Assembly: GCA_964016885.1 (NCBI GenBank)
Contig: OZ024743.1
Span: 163,122,001-163,186,000 of the forward strand
Reading direction: 5' to 3'
DNA length: 64,000 nt
Source of the DNA: Eledone cirrhosa
Taxonomy: Eukaryota
Shown: in pieces, positions 14,678-27,873 of the stretch
Layout: each line of letters begins with the position of its first letter
Position numbering within the stretch: the stretch's first letter is position 1
Made by a program: the position numbers and the translations under genes
The notes under the pieces: generated by a model
What the model was told of the DNA's origin: nothing
Database searches by the model: none
Seen by the model: the letters and a program-made list of their open reading frames with translations, nothing else

Positions 14678-14739
14678 TATTCTATTAAATATATTTCAAG
14701 GGTACCAAAAATTTTGGTACGCTATCATCAGATAAAATA
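14678..14739 (-). ncRNA. Hammerhead ribozyme in PLE 3' region fragment (~14630-15880, minus), related to 52497-52561
   Basis: TATTTTAT-CTGATGA-tagcGTACCAAAAtTTTTGGTACcctt-GAAA-tatattt-A-ATAGAATA. Confidence 0.7.
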
Positions 14740-15909
14740 CAAAATGTTTTATAAATATTTGACATGACCAAGGATAATATACCTTAACGGTTCAAGTTAT
14801 CCCTGGAAAGTGAAGGGAAGAGAGAAGAAAAGTCAGATATTTAAAATTATTAATATGAGTATGCAAATGATGTTTATATTAAAGGGCTGAAAAAACGTTA
14901 TTTTTGACGCTATGGAAAATTTAACTAATTATGATAAGGAAAGAAGAGAAAGAGAAAGGAATAACGTTAATTTGGGGGGGGGGGAATATGTTACCTATAT
15001 TATGAGTTATAATATTGTATATAAATTATATGAAGACTTATGGTTGTAAGTATTTTTTATCTTATTACATTAGGATAGGTTTATAATAGGTATATAAATA
15101 TCTCTATATATATTAATAAGTTGCGTATGTATTGATTGTTTATATAAACAAATATGAGTTACGAAGGATGTTGAAATTTTATTTTCAAGTTGTGAGATTA
15201 GAATAATTTGTGGATTCAAAAATTCTTCAACATTGAGAATGTTTTCAGAATATTGTTAATTTAACGAAGCTATATAAATTATCAAACAAAAATTGTTAAA
15301 GAAGAAGGAAAAGGAAGACCACTTAAACGTTAATTTAAGGGAAATATATTCAGACATTTGTCTATATTTATATGGAGAATTATTTATCTTATTATAATAA
15401 TATATAAATATCTACATATATTTTAATAATAGCATATGTATTTTTTTTTATTAAAAGGATAGTTTGTTTATAATATGAGTTACGAGGAATGTTAATTTAT
15501 AAATAAATAAAAAAATAAATAAATAGGTGGTTGTTCATAATATAAGTTACTAGGGATGTTAATTTTATGTAAATAAATAGGTAATTACAATTGATAAGGT
15601 TTAAATTAAATTAACGGAGTTATGTATAAAAAGTTTTTATGATTGAAAAAAGGAAAGATAACTCCGATGTTTTAATTAATCGCTTGTGTGGGATTAATTA
15701 TTTAGTTTAAAGAAATATGAATATTTAAACATCATCTTGAATAGGATACATTTTACTAAAAACAGTTACGGGTTATTAATCTACATTTAAATTTAGCTTT
15801 AGAGGGTGTCATTAGAAAAATAAAGAATTAAGAAAAAAGAATTAAAGAATTAAAAAAAAATTAAAATTATATAGAAGTACATAAATATATATATAAATAT
15901 ATATACACA

Positions 15910-16135
15910 TACACACGTACATATATATTATAAAGGACAATAATATTAAATACTCCATTTCTTGGAGGAAATTAAAGAATGCTACATCCTAACAAAACTC
16001 AACAATCCCAGAAATTTGCAATCTTTACAATGAAGAGATTCTTCATATAATCACAAACTGTGACAATTTAATCAACAAAAAAAATGAATTATTTAGTAGT
16101 TGTCACCATAAAATTGGTAAAACTTTCCAGGCACT
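15910..16135 (+). pseudogene. Decayed 3' end of PLE endonuclease coding region
   Basis: Resembles the C-terminal WSVLKRATPY..CRLC..E segment of ORF 2478-4410. Confidence 0.45.
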
Positions 16136-16206
16136 GTACCAGTTCCCAAAAAAAACCTGCAATTAAACAAGCTCAAAGTATAAATACTGAGCATTATATA
16201 GTAATA

Positions 16207-16395
16207 AAGGGCGGTGGATTGGCAGTATCAGTAGAGGGTCAGACGCCATGCTTTGATGCAAAGAGTTCCGTCCCTTTACGATCTGAGTTCAAATCCCGCC
16301 GAGGTTAACTTTGCCTTTCATCTTTACGGGGTCGATAAAATAAAGTACCAGTAATGTACTGGGTAATTGCTGGCCTTGTGCCAAAAGTAGAAACA
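16207..16395 (+). mobile_element. tRNA-derived SINE with 14-bp TSD ATTATATAGTAATA
   Basis: B box GAGTTCAAATCCC, body CTTTGCCTTTCATC..GGGGTCGATAAAATAAAGTACCAGT; TSD at 16193-16206 and 16396-16409. Confidence 0.82.
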
Positions 16396-16531
16396 ATTAT
16401 ATAGTAATATACAGTAAATTTCGTGTCTAAAATTACGAGGGTAGAGAATGCGACAAATGTTTTAAATAAAATATTTAATCTTAAACACACAGTAGGATAT
16501 AATTTTATACTGACCGTATCAAAAACATTTC

Positions 16532-16620
16532 ATCTCTCGGACAGATTAGTGATTTAATCTGTTTCGCCCTGAAAATTGTGTTTGTAACAGATAATCTGTA
16601 GGCTATCATCAGCGAGAGAT
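16532..16620 (-). ncRNA. Canonical type I hammerhead ribozyme with GUC cleavage triplet
   Basis: ATCTCTCG-CTGATGA-taGCCT..GGGC-GAA-ACAGATTA aatcac TAATCTGT-C-CGAGAGAT. Confidence 0.92.
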
Positions 16621-16949
16621 TAGATCAAATGAAACAAAACACATCTAACAGCAACCGGAGGAGTAAAAATATGCTCCTCGTGGGCTGCATGCTATACGTG
16701 GTATGAATGGTTATACTAGAAATAATAGCCTTATCACACTCAATTTATAAGCTCACCTAGATAGGGAGCCGAAATACAAATAAAATACAGAGTTATTAAC
16801 TCATATTGATACCCTGCAATTAAACAAGCTCAAAGTATAAATACTGAGCATTATATAGTAATATATGTATAAATAAACAGTAAATTTCGTGTCTAAAATT
16901 ACATATATGTATATATATATATGTATGTATATATGTATATATATATGTG

Positions 16950-16984
<35 letters not shown>

Positions 16985-17011
16985 GTATAGGTTTATATAT
17001 ATATATGTATA

Positions 17012-17051
<40 letters not shown>

Positions 17052-17059
<8 letters not shown>

Positions 17060-18254
17060 AGCTGACGGCCGTATGTATGTAACAAACCTTTCACCAAACG
17101 GCTGGACCAAAAAGCACCAAATTTGCACCATAGATGTAACTTTTTCCAAGTAAGAAAGTTTTGTCTACTAAATTTCGTTAAAAGATTAAAGATATTTTAT
17201 CGTTTATTTAAATATTCACTTCTTTAAAATTTTCAAATGTCAACACTTCCGGTTATACGACATTCCTCTATCTTTCTTAGTCTGTCTTTTTAGATAGATA
17301 CATAGCTATAACGTTGCGCCCTTATAATATGTCTCTGTATGTCTGGCTTTCTGCATTAGATACATAGCTATAACGTCGCATGCTTATAATAGATGTCTGT
17401 CTGGCTGCCTGTCTGCATTGACTTCGCTTCTAACCAACTTTTAATTAATAACTTTTTCGAAATGTTTACTTCTGCATTCACAGATTGATTTTTTTAGTTT
17501 CAGAAGATCCCGTTAAGGGTGAAAGCAGCGATTCTTTGCTTAAACTTTAATCTGTTATTTTAATATATATATATATAATTATATATTCGCGTACAGATAT
17601 TTTTGTATACACAAAAACAAAATATAAACAAACGTATTTATTTCACGAAAGCACAGACGGCTTATCGTCATTGTCACTGCCGATATGCCACCCAAAAAGT
17701 CCCAGCCTGGCCGCAAGATCAGATTTTCCAGAAGAAAAAAATGTTACTAGAGCAACAGAGACTAAGCTTCGCGATTACCATCAACAAAGCTCAGGGTCAA
17801 ACCCTAAAAATGGCTGGCCTTCATCTGGGAAAACCATGTTTCTCCCATGGTCAATTGTATGTAGTATGCTCTAGGGTGAGCTCGCCAAACAATCTCTTCC
17901 TCTTTGCTCCCGAGGGCCAAACAAAAAATATTGTATACTCTGAGGCAATGTAATTTATGTATTTTCTGTTACTTGGAATTTCCATTATGGTTGTACAAAT
18001 TATTGTAAAGTTTGTTAAAAAATTTGTTCTCTGTTCAACCTTTATTGTTGTAACTATCAATTTTCTTTAACGTACTGGCTGCTGAACTGGGGAATCCTAA
18101 AAACTATTCAAACCCAACATCAGAGCACGTTAACCCCCCCCCTCGCTGACTTGAGAGGGCGTGCGGTATCTTTGCACTGGAGTGGAGAGGAGATTCCTGA
18201 AAAGATAAAATGCCGGTATACCTAGCCTAGCCGGGCGCCAGCCGGACGGGCCAG

Positions 18255-18256
<2 letters not shown>
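17052..18256 (+). mobile_element. Non-autonomous Helitron retaining the C-terminal PIF1-like helicase fragment (~17755-17953)
   Basis: FAITINKAQGQTL..FSHGQLYVVCSRV..TKNIVYSEA; GC-rich 3' hairpin region. Confidence 0.8.
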
Positions 18257-18330
<74 letters not shown>

Positions 18331-18559
18331 TAAAATGAAATTTCATTTCTCACTCATGGTACGGCTGATACTTAAATATAAGTATGTATACGTACAGTAG
18401 TATGTATATACATACATACATGCACACATATATATATGTACGTATGGGTTTACCTAACGTTTATTATAATGCTCGGTTTGTTTGTAAACAAACAGCCCGA
18501 ATTAAGCCGTACAATGTTCGGCAACCATCGTTGCCCTTTTGTTCAACACTGACAAAGGA

Positions 18560-18602
18560 ACGATGAACTAGTTTCTAGCTTATTAGCTGTCATCAGCACC
18601 GT
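18560..18602 (-). ncRNA. Minimal type I hammerhead
   Basis: ACGGTG-CTGATGA-cAGCTaataAGCTa-GAA-ACTAGT-T-CATCGT. Confidence 0.88.
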
Positions 18603-19287
18603 ATGCCTTCCTGTCAGTCGAGTGAACGTTTGAAAGTATATACTTTCCTTATGCATATTAACGGCTGAGCAGCCTAATTTGTATATCGATTGACTTAGTC
18701 GGCCGGGCGTACCGAAAACGATAAATAGAAAAAAATGAAATTTCATTTCTCACTCATAGTACGGCTGATACTTAAATATAAGTATGTATACGTACATACA
18801 TATATGTATACAGACGTACAGTAGTATGTATATACATACATGCACACATATATATATGTACGTATGGATTTACAGAACATTTATTATAATGCTCGGTTTG
18901 TTTGCAAACAAACAGCCAATAAGCTAGAAACTAGTTCATCGTTCCTTTGTCACTGTTGAACAAAAGGGCAACGATGGTTGCCGAACACTACGGCTTAATT
19001 CGGGCGGTTTGTTTACAAACAAACCGAGCATACGTACATATATATGTGCATGTATGTATATACATACTACTGTACTCTGTACATATATATGTATGTGCGT
19101 ATACATACTTATATTTAAGTATCAGCCGTACTATGAGTGAGAAATTAAATTTCATTTTTTTCTATTTATCGTTTTCGGTACGCCCGGCCGACTAAGTCAC
19201 TCGATATGCAAATTAGGCTGCTCAGCCGTTAATATGCATAAGGAAAGTATATACTTTTAAACGTTCACTCGACTGACAGGAAGGTAT

Positions 19288-19330
19288 ACGGTGCTGATGA
19301 CAGCTAATAAGCTAGAAACTAGTTCATCGT
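19288..19330 (+). ncRNA. Minimal type I hammerhead
   Basis: Same motif as 18560-18602 on the plus strand; a 3' half-copy lies at 18918-18942. Confidence 0.88.
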
Positions 19331-19481
19331 TCCTTTGTCAGTGTTGAACAAAAAGGTGACGTGGTTGCCTGAACACTGTACGGCGTAAATCAGGCTGTCC
19401 GTTTGTTTACACACGAACAAAAAGCGAACATTATAATAAATGTTCGGTAAACTGCTACGTGCATATATATATGTGTGCCTG

Positions 19482-19587
<106 letters not shown>

Positions 19588-20125
19588 TGCTACTGTACGT
19601 CTGTATACATATATGTATGTACGTATACATACATACTTACATTTAAGTAAGTGCCGTACTAAGAGTGAGAAATGAAATTTCGTTTCATTCTATTCGGTAC
19701 GGCTTAATTCGGGCTGTTTGTTTACAAACAAACCGAGCATTATAATAAATGTTCGGTAAACCCATACGTACATATATATATGTGTGCATGTATGTATGTA
19801 TATACATACTACTGTACGTCTGTATACATATTTGTATGTACGTATACATACATATATACATATAATATACAGAGCATTTGATGTTATTCCAAATTGAAGG
19901 ATAAGTGTTTCAAACTTTATTTTATCATGAGTTAAAGGTCTATAGATTTTTCCCTGGATTTTAATAAATTCTGTGGATGAATTTATATCCTGATTCTCTT
20001 TTGAGATGAGTTTGGGTTATTTTTCCTAAATCTTTCGTTAACTACTTTTCCCATCTTGACGTTATAGTCGCATATATGTTATAGAATGCCGTTAGCTTCT
20101 TGCTAAAACAATCTCTATACCTCTC

Positions 20126-20217
<92 letters not shown>

Positions 20218-20228
20218 ATATATATATG

Positions 20229-20325
<97 letters not shown>

Positions 20326-20466
20326 GTATATATTATATTTATATATATATATGTGTATATCACGATAAATTCCCTGTAAATAATGTGCTCAAAGGAGAAG
20401 AGATCCTGAGCCCTTTAAAATATAATATGTGGAGAAGGTAACACACCAGAGAGAGATATATATGTG

Positions 20467-20570
<104 letters not shown>

Positions 20571-20674
20571 CACATATATATATATATGTATATATATCTA
20601 TATATCTATATATCTATATACATATATATACACATATATATATATATGTATATATATCTATATATATATATATC

Positions 20675-20790
<116 letters not shown>

Positions 20791-20965
20791 TATATATAGA
20801 GATTATATAGTTATATATATACACACATATATATACATATATACATATAATATATACATATATATATACATGTATATATATATATATACATATACACACA
20901 CACATATATATACATATACACACATATATATATATACACACACATATATATATACATACACACAC

Positions 20966-21001
<36 letters not shown>

Positions 21002-21045
21002 TTACATATATATATATACATATACAAACATGTATATATATATAA

Positions 21046-21077
<32 letters not shown>

Positions 21078-21130
21078 ATGTATATATATATGTATATATG
21101 AATATATATATATATATATGTATATATATG

Positions 21131-21164
<34 letters not shown>

Positions 21165-21308
21165 TGTATGTATGCATATATATGTATATATATTAATAAG
21201 AGGAATTCCAACTTTGTCTGATTTACTCGTTTTATTTACAATCCTTTAAAATATATAATGGTATTATAATGAAATAGTATGATAGAATATTAAATTATAA
21301 GTGTTAAT

Positions 21309-21347
21309 TGAACAAGTACTTTCATGCTTTCGCAATCTTCAGGTTCA
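21309..21347 (-). ncRNA. Minimal hammerhead (inverted pLTR copy)
   Basis: Reverse complement of 22646-22684. Confidence 0.85.
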
Positions 21348-22435
21348 TAATATGTGGTGACAGTCGAGTTTGCAATTTTCAACTGTTGAACCATTAACAC
21401 GGATATATATTATAAACACACAGACACCCATCAATATCTGAATTTTAAGTCGTGCCATCCACCTCATACAAAACGCAACATCCCATACTGCCTAGCCAGA
21501 AGAATTTGTACCATTGTAGAAGATACGAATACCAGGTACAAACGCCTAACAGAACTAAGAGAATTTTTGCTCAAACAAAAATACCCATCTCTACTTATAG
21601 AAAATGGCATACAGCGGGCTATAAAAATACCTATACAACAACTTAGAACAACCCAAGGAAGAAGAAACCAAGAACTGGTCATACCATTTATAATGACACA
21701 CAACCCATGTCACCAGAATATCTTCAACACTGCCAAAGCAAACCTACCGATCATTGCTCAAAGTAATGAATTAAAAGGCTTAATCACAGATCGATCTTTG
21801 ACTCTTAGTAAAAGACAGCCAAAAAATTTGAAGCAATTGCTAACAAAAGCAAAGTTTGACCTTAACAACAAAGACCAATCATTCACTGTATCTAAATGCA
21901 ATGATAATTGATGCGGCACATGTCAATCCATACACGCCGGTCAATATATGAAAACAAAAACTGGAAAAATATTCCCAAATGCAAATATGAACTGCAAAAG
22001 CAGAAATCTAATTTACTGCATTAAATGCCCGAATTGTGAAGAACTATATGTCGGTCAAACTGGAAATGCACTATCGGAACGTGCACGGGTACACCATCAA
22101 CAAATCAGAGACCCAAATGTCCGTCAGATACCCCTAAGCGGCCACCTGGCAACATGTGGTCAGGGAATATTTATAATATTCCCATTCTACAAATTACACA
22201 GCCCAAGTGAAATCAAGAGAAAAATCAAAGAAAAGAATTTTATTGATAAATTCAAACCCAAGCTAAATGAACAATAATAACGCCTAGGGGTATTACTTCT
22301 ACTACCACTATGACCACGACCACTAACAACAACAACAATAATAATAATAATAAAAGTGATGTTGATGGTGATGATTAATAGAAAATGCTATTTTCATCAT
22401 TTCAAAAAGCAAAACAATTGATACGTTGGATATGA

Positions 22436-22582
22436 CTATTGGTCGTTAGCATGCTCAACCAGCCGTGACGCTTAAACCAATCAGCTGTAGTAATTCAGTG
22501 AAACTACACACTGATTGGTCGAAATACAGTTTACAGGGCTTTGCATTCTGGAGCCACTTTTCTCTGTATAAAATGTATAAAA
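22436..22582 (+). promoter_or_regulatory. Putative Pol II promoter of pLTR: CCAAT/ATTGG boxes and TATAAAA
   Basis: CCAAT 22477, ATTGG 22514, TATAAAA 22567 and 22576; related CCAAT/GGAGCCACTTTT block at ~35943-35998. Confidence 0.5.
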
Positions 22583-22645
22583 GGTAGGAAATTTACCCAT
22601 CTCATTACAGTTGAAAATTGCAAACTCGACTGTCACCACATATCA

Positions 22646-22684
22646 TGAACCTGAAGATTGCGAAAGCATGAAAGTACTTGTTCA
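22646..22684 (+). ncRNA. Minimal type I hammerhead
   Basis: TGAAC-CTGAAGA-tTGCgaaaGCAt-GAA-AGTACT-T-GTTCA. Confidence 0.9.
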
Positions 22685-23377
22685 ATTAACACTTAGAATT
22701 TAATATTCTATCATACCATTTCATTATAATACCATTATATATATTTTAAAGGATTGTAAATAAAACGAGTAAATCAGACAAAGTTGGAATTCCTCTTATT
22801 AATATAATCTTCTATACACAATCATACACACCCGTGTATATTTACCTATCTATATCTATATATATATGTATATATATGTGTATATATAATATATATATAT
22901 ATGTATTTATATATATATATGTATTTATATAATAACTAGAAATTGATTAACATATATATAAACATGAATAATCACAGGAGATAATTTTTACTAGTGTGTA
23001 ACCACACATAGCTAGGTAGGTAACTAAATAAAGTTGACTAGAACTTCAAAAATAGATACCTTATAATATGATTAATCTTCCCTGTATATATGCCATTAAA
23101 GAAATATATTTCACCAATTAATCAGATGGTAAACCACGGAAGTGGATGTTTTGGATTTTCAACAAGGAAGAAAATTTCCAGCCATCCGCGCTTACACTTC
23201 AAGTACAAATCTGCAACTGGCTATTACCACGTGTTGTATTTACTATAAATACACACATCATAGTATCTTCGTGTATTTATATATATATATTTATGTATTT
23301 ATATATATACATATATGTATTTATATATATATATGTATTTATATATATATATTTATGTATTTATATATATATATATA

Positions 23378-23570
23378 CTATCCGGGAGCTTCCAACAGAC
23401 ATGGTCGCATTCTTTTAAGAGTATGTCAATATTTGTTTATAAAACTGATCTATATTATATTTTATTTCTTGAAAGTGCACCATAATTTGCTTTGGTGTCC
23501 TTGAAATATGTATAATGAAATAAATATGGTTTTATAAATATAGTTTCCATTTATTAATATATTGTATTTT
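23378..23570 (+). mobile_element. Solo pLTR fragment with mutated hammerhead core, homologous to 52418-52603
   Basis: CTATCCGGGAGCTTCCAAC..; core CTGATGA lost. Confidence 0.7.
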
Positions 23571-23671
23571 TACTCCAAAAATTTGTTGAGTGCTTTATAT
23601 CAATTATAAAAATATTTGCTTGTTGTATCCCAACAATTTATATATAACTTCTACATATATATATGTATATA

Positions 23672-23711
<40 letters not shown>

Positions 23712-25122
23712 GTTAGAATATGTGTAATAAGGCCAAGACAATGCAGATATGGACATAGAAAAAAGAATGCAATAGTGAAAGATATTGATGTGAATTCGTC
23801 TTTCACCTTGAATTTATTTAAATGTCCTTAATTTTCGAGATAATATCTCTTCTTCGGGGGGAAGTAAAGGTCTCAGTCAGCGTCTTTAAATCTTTAATGA
23901 AGCCATGCTGACCGGAAATAGTATAGAGTATCTGTTCTAACTTTAATATCAAAGAATTAAAATTAGGTGGATAAAGAGTAGTCTCCCTTTAAGAGGGGTT
24001 TGTTTATGTTTTGTTTTTGTTTTTGTATTGTTTTTTTAAATTTTAAATGCGTGCCTGTATATGTGTGTGGGAGAATGCATGAAGGTGTAGGTATGTGTGT
24101 GTGTGTGTGTGAGTGTGGGAAGATAGGTCTAATCGTAAAAGTGGGGGGTAGGTGTTATCTGGTGTTAGAACTGGTTTTGTGTGTGTATGTGTGAGAGAGA
24201 ATAAGTGGAGGTGTGCGCGTGCGTGTGTGTGGGGTGTGTAAAAATGGGGCTAGAGGCCCTATCAGGTTATAAATTGGGTGTTGAGCTCTAGTCTATTATT
24301 GATTGGTGGATGTGTTCTATCTATAATAAGTGCTTCCTTGATTCTAAAATTGCCGAGGTTTCTTTCCTTAGTTTCTATCCTAACTGTTATGTTTTTATCG
24401 GTGTTTTTGCATTTAACTAGGTGTTTCTTAAATGAGGAAGCGTTAGTATTGAGGTGTTCTTTTATTCTTATGTGGAGTGGTCTGGTGGTGCTACCTACGT
24501 AGAAGTTGTTGCATTTGTCACACCTCAATACTAACGCTTCCTCATTTAAGAAACACCTAGTTAAATGCAAAAACACCGATAAAAACATAACAGTTAGGAT
24601 AGAAACTAAGGAAAGAAACCTCGGCAATCTTAGAATCAAGGAAGCACTTATTATAGATAGAACACATCCACCAATCAATAATAGACTAGAGCTCAACACC
24701 CAATTTATAACCTGATAGGGCCTCTAGCCCCATTTTTACACACCCCACACACACGCACGCGCACACCTCCACTTATTCTCTCTCACACATACACACACAA
24801 AACCAGTTCTAACACCAGATAACACCTACCCCCCACTTTTACGATTAGACCTATCTTCCCACACTCACACACACACACACACACACACATACCTACACCT
24901 TCATGCATTCTCCCACACACATATACAGGCACGCATTTAAAATTAAAAAAAACAATACAAAAACAAAAACAAAACATAAACAAACCCCTCTTAAAGGGAG
25001 ACTACTCTTTATCCACCTAATTTTAATTCTTTGATATTAAAGTTAGAACAGATACTCTATACTATTTCCGGTCAGCATGGCTTCATTAAAGATTTAAAGA
25101 CGCTGACTGAGACCTTTACTTC

Positions 25123-25157
25123 CCTCCGAAGAAGAGATATTATCTCGAAAATTAAGG
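25123..25157 (+). ncRNA. Minimal hammerhead-like motif (U4C core) in pLTR; copies at 28281-28315 (+) and 23826-23860 (-)
   Basis: CCT-CCGAAGA-aGAGATAtTATCTC-GAA-AATT-A-AGG. Confidence 0.7.
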
Positions 25158-25290
25158 ACATTTAAATAAATTCAAGGTGAAAGACGAATTCACATCAATA
25201 TCTTTCACTATTGCATTCTTTTTTCTATGTCCATATCTGCATTGTCTTGGCCTTATTACACATATTCTAACGTTTATACCTCATTACACA

Positions 25291-27873
25291 ATGCTTCAAG
25301 TGAACTATAACCTCCTCCTTTCATTACGCCTGAGCCAGGCCCAGTTCACAACTGTAAAGAAACTCTTCCAGCTATCTGAAAAGCGCGCCAAAGCCGGCTG
25401 CCAAATAAATTTCCTAAAACGATGCCTGAATAACAACATCATTCCCAAAACCATCAAAAATTTACACCTACCAACATGCTTCAATTCACCAGGCCTCAAA
25501 CGATCACTCAGTTACATACAAAAATTCTGCCTAAGAAAACTCATACAACACCTACACCGCACGCTACAACATCACATACGGACTATCTCCAGCCTTGTAC
25601 CACAACTCGCTGAAACCCCAGAACCTCTGTCCAAGGTCATCTCCGCCGCTATAGACAGGTCATACCACCACCGCCGAGACTACGAGAAAATACGCCTAAC
25701 ACAAAAATTTCTCAAACTCAGGACGGCCAACTGTCTTAACAACATCCCAACGCTAAACACCAACAGAGGCGAACAATACGTTACCAACACCGAACCTAGC
25801 GGCACCCCGACCAACAACACACCTGACGCAAAACACCTCGTCACAGACTTGACAGGATCCCTCTCCCGAGAGGAATTAGACCTCCTCAGCCTGGGTCCCA
25901 AGTTCATATTGAAACAGAGACTGGACGACAGACTATGGCTCGACATAGAAACGAATTTCTGTCGGACTGCCTACCAACTGAAATGGATATCGACTCTCGA
26001 CAACAACACCACGGAATCCACCACACCCAGATTCCTGATATACCAACTAGATCGCCCACTCTATCCACCGCCCGCCAACCGCGAGCTGGAAGAAAAACTC
26101 TCGAGACTAAAACATTCCGTATTTAACATCTTACGGAAACAGAAGAAGATGGCCCCTAACCTCTCCAGGACACAACAACTCGCCCTGAAGAACCTACGGA
26201 ATAAGGAACTTATTTACTTACCATCCGACAAAGGTAAAGAGTTCTGCGTCATCTCTCAAGCCACATACAATAACCTAGCCTTCGAACACCTAAGCGACAG
26301 TGAACTGTACACAGTGATCCCGGACATGACCGCAGCCCAAATCGAAAAACAGACCAACTCCATTTGGTTCGATATCTGTAGGAGAAGACAACTCCCGAAT
26401 AAAATTAAACTCAACTACACCACTAGAAATAGCAGACTGCCCACTTTCTACCACCTCATCAAGACCCACAAGAATAGCACTAAGACGCATATAAGACCCA
26501 TCGTCTCTAGCATAGAAGGACCCCTATACAAAATTTCCTGGCTTCTCTCCCAGGTCCTCAAGCCTCTACTCTCCACCTTCCCCGGACATGTCAGTAGCTC
26601 CGACGAAGTTATACGTAGATTACACCAACTCCAGCCAGAACAACTTAAACTTAATAAATACGCTTTTAGCCTCGACGTTGTCTCCCTCTACACTACAGTC
26701 CCCGCTCACCCAGCTGTCGATTTATTGACGGACTGCGTGGTCGCAGAGAACATCCACTGCTACGGCCTCCACCCGACGGACATACACCAGCTTTTGTCCT
26801 TCACAGTAGACAACACGTACTTCACCTTCCACCACCACACATACAGACAGACAACAGGATTACCCATGGGATCCAGCCTCTCGGGCCTGCTGGCCATCAC
26901 TTACATGAACCAGCTAGAATGCCGAGCCCTCAACACCTGCCATTCCCATGCCTTCTTCACCCGATATGTAGATGACATACTCATCCTTACATCATCCCGT
27001 GAGGAGGCAGAGAAAATATACACAACATTCTCCAGCATGGACGCCAGTATAAAGTTCAGCATGGAACACCCCGATGACCGCGGATCCCTATCCCTGCTGG
27101 ACTTCCAACTCAGGGTAACAGAGGAAGGCAACATCCACACCTGCTTCTATAAAAAATCCACCAGCCGGGACCTGTTCGTACATTTCAGATCGGCCCTCCC
27201 ACTCGGTGCCAAGTTCGGATACATAAAGAACGAACTGGCACGTATCAAGAACAAATGCACCGACGCCAGAGACCGAGACACACACACCACACATTTCCTG
27301 GAAGTACTCAAACTGAACGGATACACGACATCCACCACAAACCGTGCCAGAAAGAACAGAGGACACCACACCCGAGGCACTAACACTTGCTTCCTGAAGC
27401 TCCCACACTTCAGTGAAGAAACAACAACAGCCATCCGCAGAGCCATCAGACGAGAGGGTCTGGATATTCAACTGGCCCATTCGGGTCCTTCTTTGCGCGG
27501 ACGGCTGGCTAAGAGACACTCCACCAGACATGACAACTGCTGCAGACTAGCCAACTGCCCCATCAACGACACAGACCTATGCCACCAGGCTTACGTAGTC
27601 TACAGACTAGAGTGTGACAAATGCAACAACTTCTACGTAGGTAGCACCACCAGACCACTCCACATAAGAATAAAAGAACACCTCAATACTAACGCTTCCT
27701 CATTTAAGAAACACCTAGTTAAATGCAAAAACACCGATAAAAACATAACAGTTAGGATAGAAACTAAGGAAAGAAACCTCGGCAATCTTAGAATCAAGGA
27801 AGCACTTATTATAGATAGAACACATCCACCAATCAATAATAGACTAGAGCTCAACACCCAATTTATAACCTGA
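25291..27873 (+). CDS. PLE polyprotein: reverse transcriptase + GIY-YIG endonuclease (~860 aa from ATG 25291; frame open from 25177)
   Basis: PSDKG, IRPIVS, SLDVVSLYT, GLPMGSSLS, TRYVDD, LSLLD, VVYRLECDKCNNFYVGSTTRPLHIRIKEH. Confidence 0.95.
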   Translation: MLQVNYNLLLSLRLSQAQFTTVKKLFQLSEKRAKAGCQINFLKRCLNNNIIPKTIKNLHLPTCFNSPGLKRSLSYIQKFCLRKLIQHLHRTLQHHIRTISSLVPQLAETPEPLSKVISAAIDRSYHHRRDYEKIRLTQKFLKLRTANCLNNIPTLNTNRGEQYVTNTEPSGTPTNNTPDAKHLVTDLTGSLSREELDLLSLGPKFILKQRLDDRLWLDIETNFCRTAYQLKWISTLDNNTTESTTPRFLIYQLDRPLYPPPANRELEEKLSRLKHSVFNILRKQKKMAPNLSRTQQLALKNLRNKELIYLPSDKGKEFCVISQATYNNLAFEHLSDSELYTVIPDMTAAQIEKQTNSIWFDICRRRQLPNKIKLNYTTRNSRLPTFYHLIKTHKNSTKTHIRPIVSSIEGPLYKISWLLSQVLKPLLSTFPGHVSSSDEVIRRLHQLQPEQLKLNKYAFSLDVVSLYTTVPAHPAVDLLTDCVVAENIHCYGLHPTDIHQLLSFTVDNTYFTFHHHTYRQTTGLPMGSSLSGLLAITYMNQLECRALNTCHSHAFFTRYVDDILILTSSREEAEKIYTTFSSMDASIKFSMEHPDDRGSLSLLDFQLRVTEEGNIHTCFYKKSTSRDLFVHFRSALPLGAKFGYIKNELARIKNKCTDARDRDTHTTHFLEVLKLNGYTTSTTNRARKNRGHHTRGTNTCFLKLPHFSEETTTAIRRAIRREGLDIQLAHSGPSLRGRLAKRHSTRHDNCCRLANCPINDTDLCHQAYVVYRLECDKCNNFYVGSTTRPLHIRIKEHLNTNASSFKKHLVKCKNTDKNITVRIETKERNLGNLRIKEALIIDRTHPPINNRLELNTQFIT

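Larger units (their letters stand above)
16156..16902 (-). mobile_element. Retrozyme-like unit with direct terminal repeats (16156-16436 interrupted by a SINE; 16813-16902)
   Basis: Repeat CCTGCAATTAAACAAGCTCAAAG..; internal canonical HHR; no ORF. Confidence 0.72.
21193..22850 (+). mobile_element. 5'-truncated Penelope-like element with inverted pLTR (21193-21387 vs 22607-22804)
   Basis: RT C-terminal region, KCNDN*CGTC linker, LIYCIKCPNCEELYVGQTG GIY-YIG (ends 22277). Confidence 0.88.

Noticed and set aside
17603-17953. Host PIF1 helicase gene
   Set aside because: Only the last ~65 codons, inside a Helitron-like element
19860-20120. Possible further PLE RT fragment on the minus strand
   Set aside because: Similarity too weak to support by eye
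21909-21911. In-frame TGA in the Cys-rich linker (KCNDN*CGTC) as possible selenocysteine
   Set aside because: Aligns to a non-Cys position in the homolog KCDRPNCGIC; more simply a nonsense mutation (e.g. CGA>TGA) in a truncated copy; no SECIS recognised
23093-23129. Minus-strand CTGATTA-attggt-GAAA motif
   Set aside because: G8 mutated, stems II and III poor; at most a decayed HHR
24262-24715. Mirror-image ORFs on both strands
   Set aside because: Artefact of the inverted/direct pLTR junction containing the ORF 3' end
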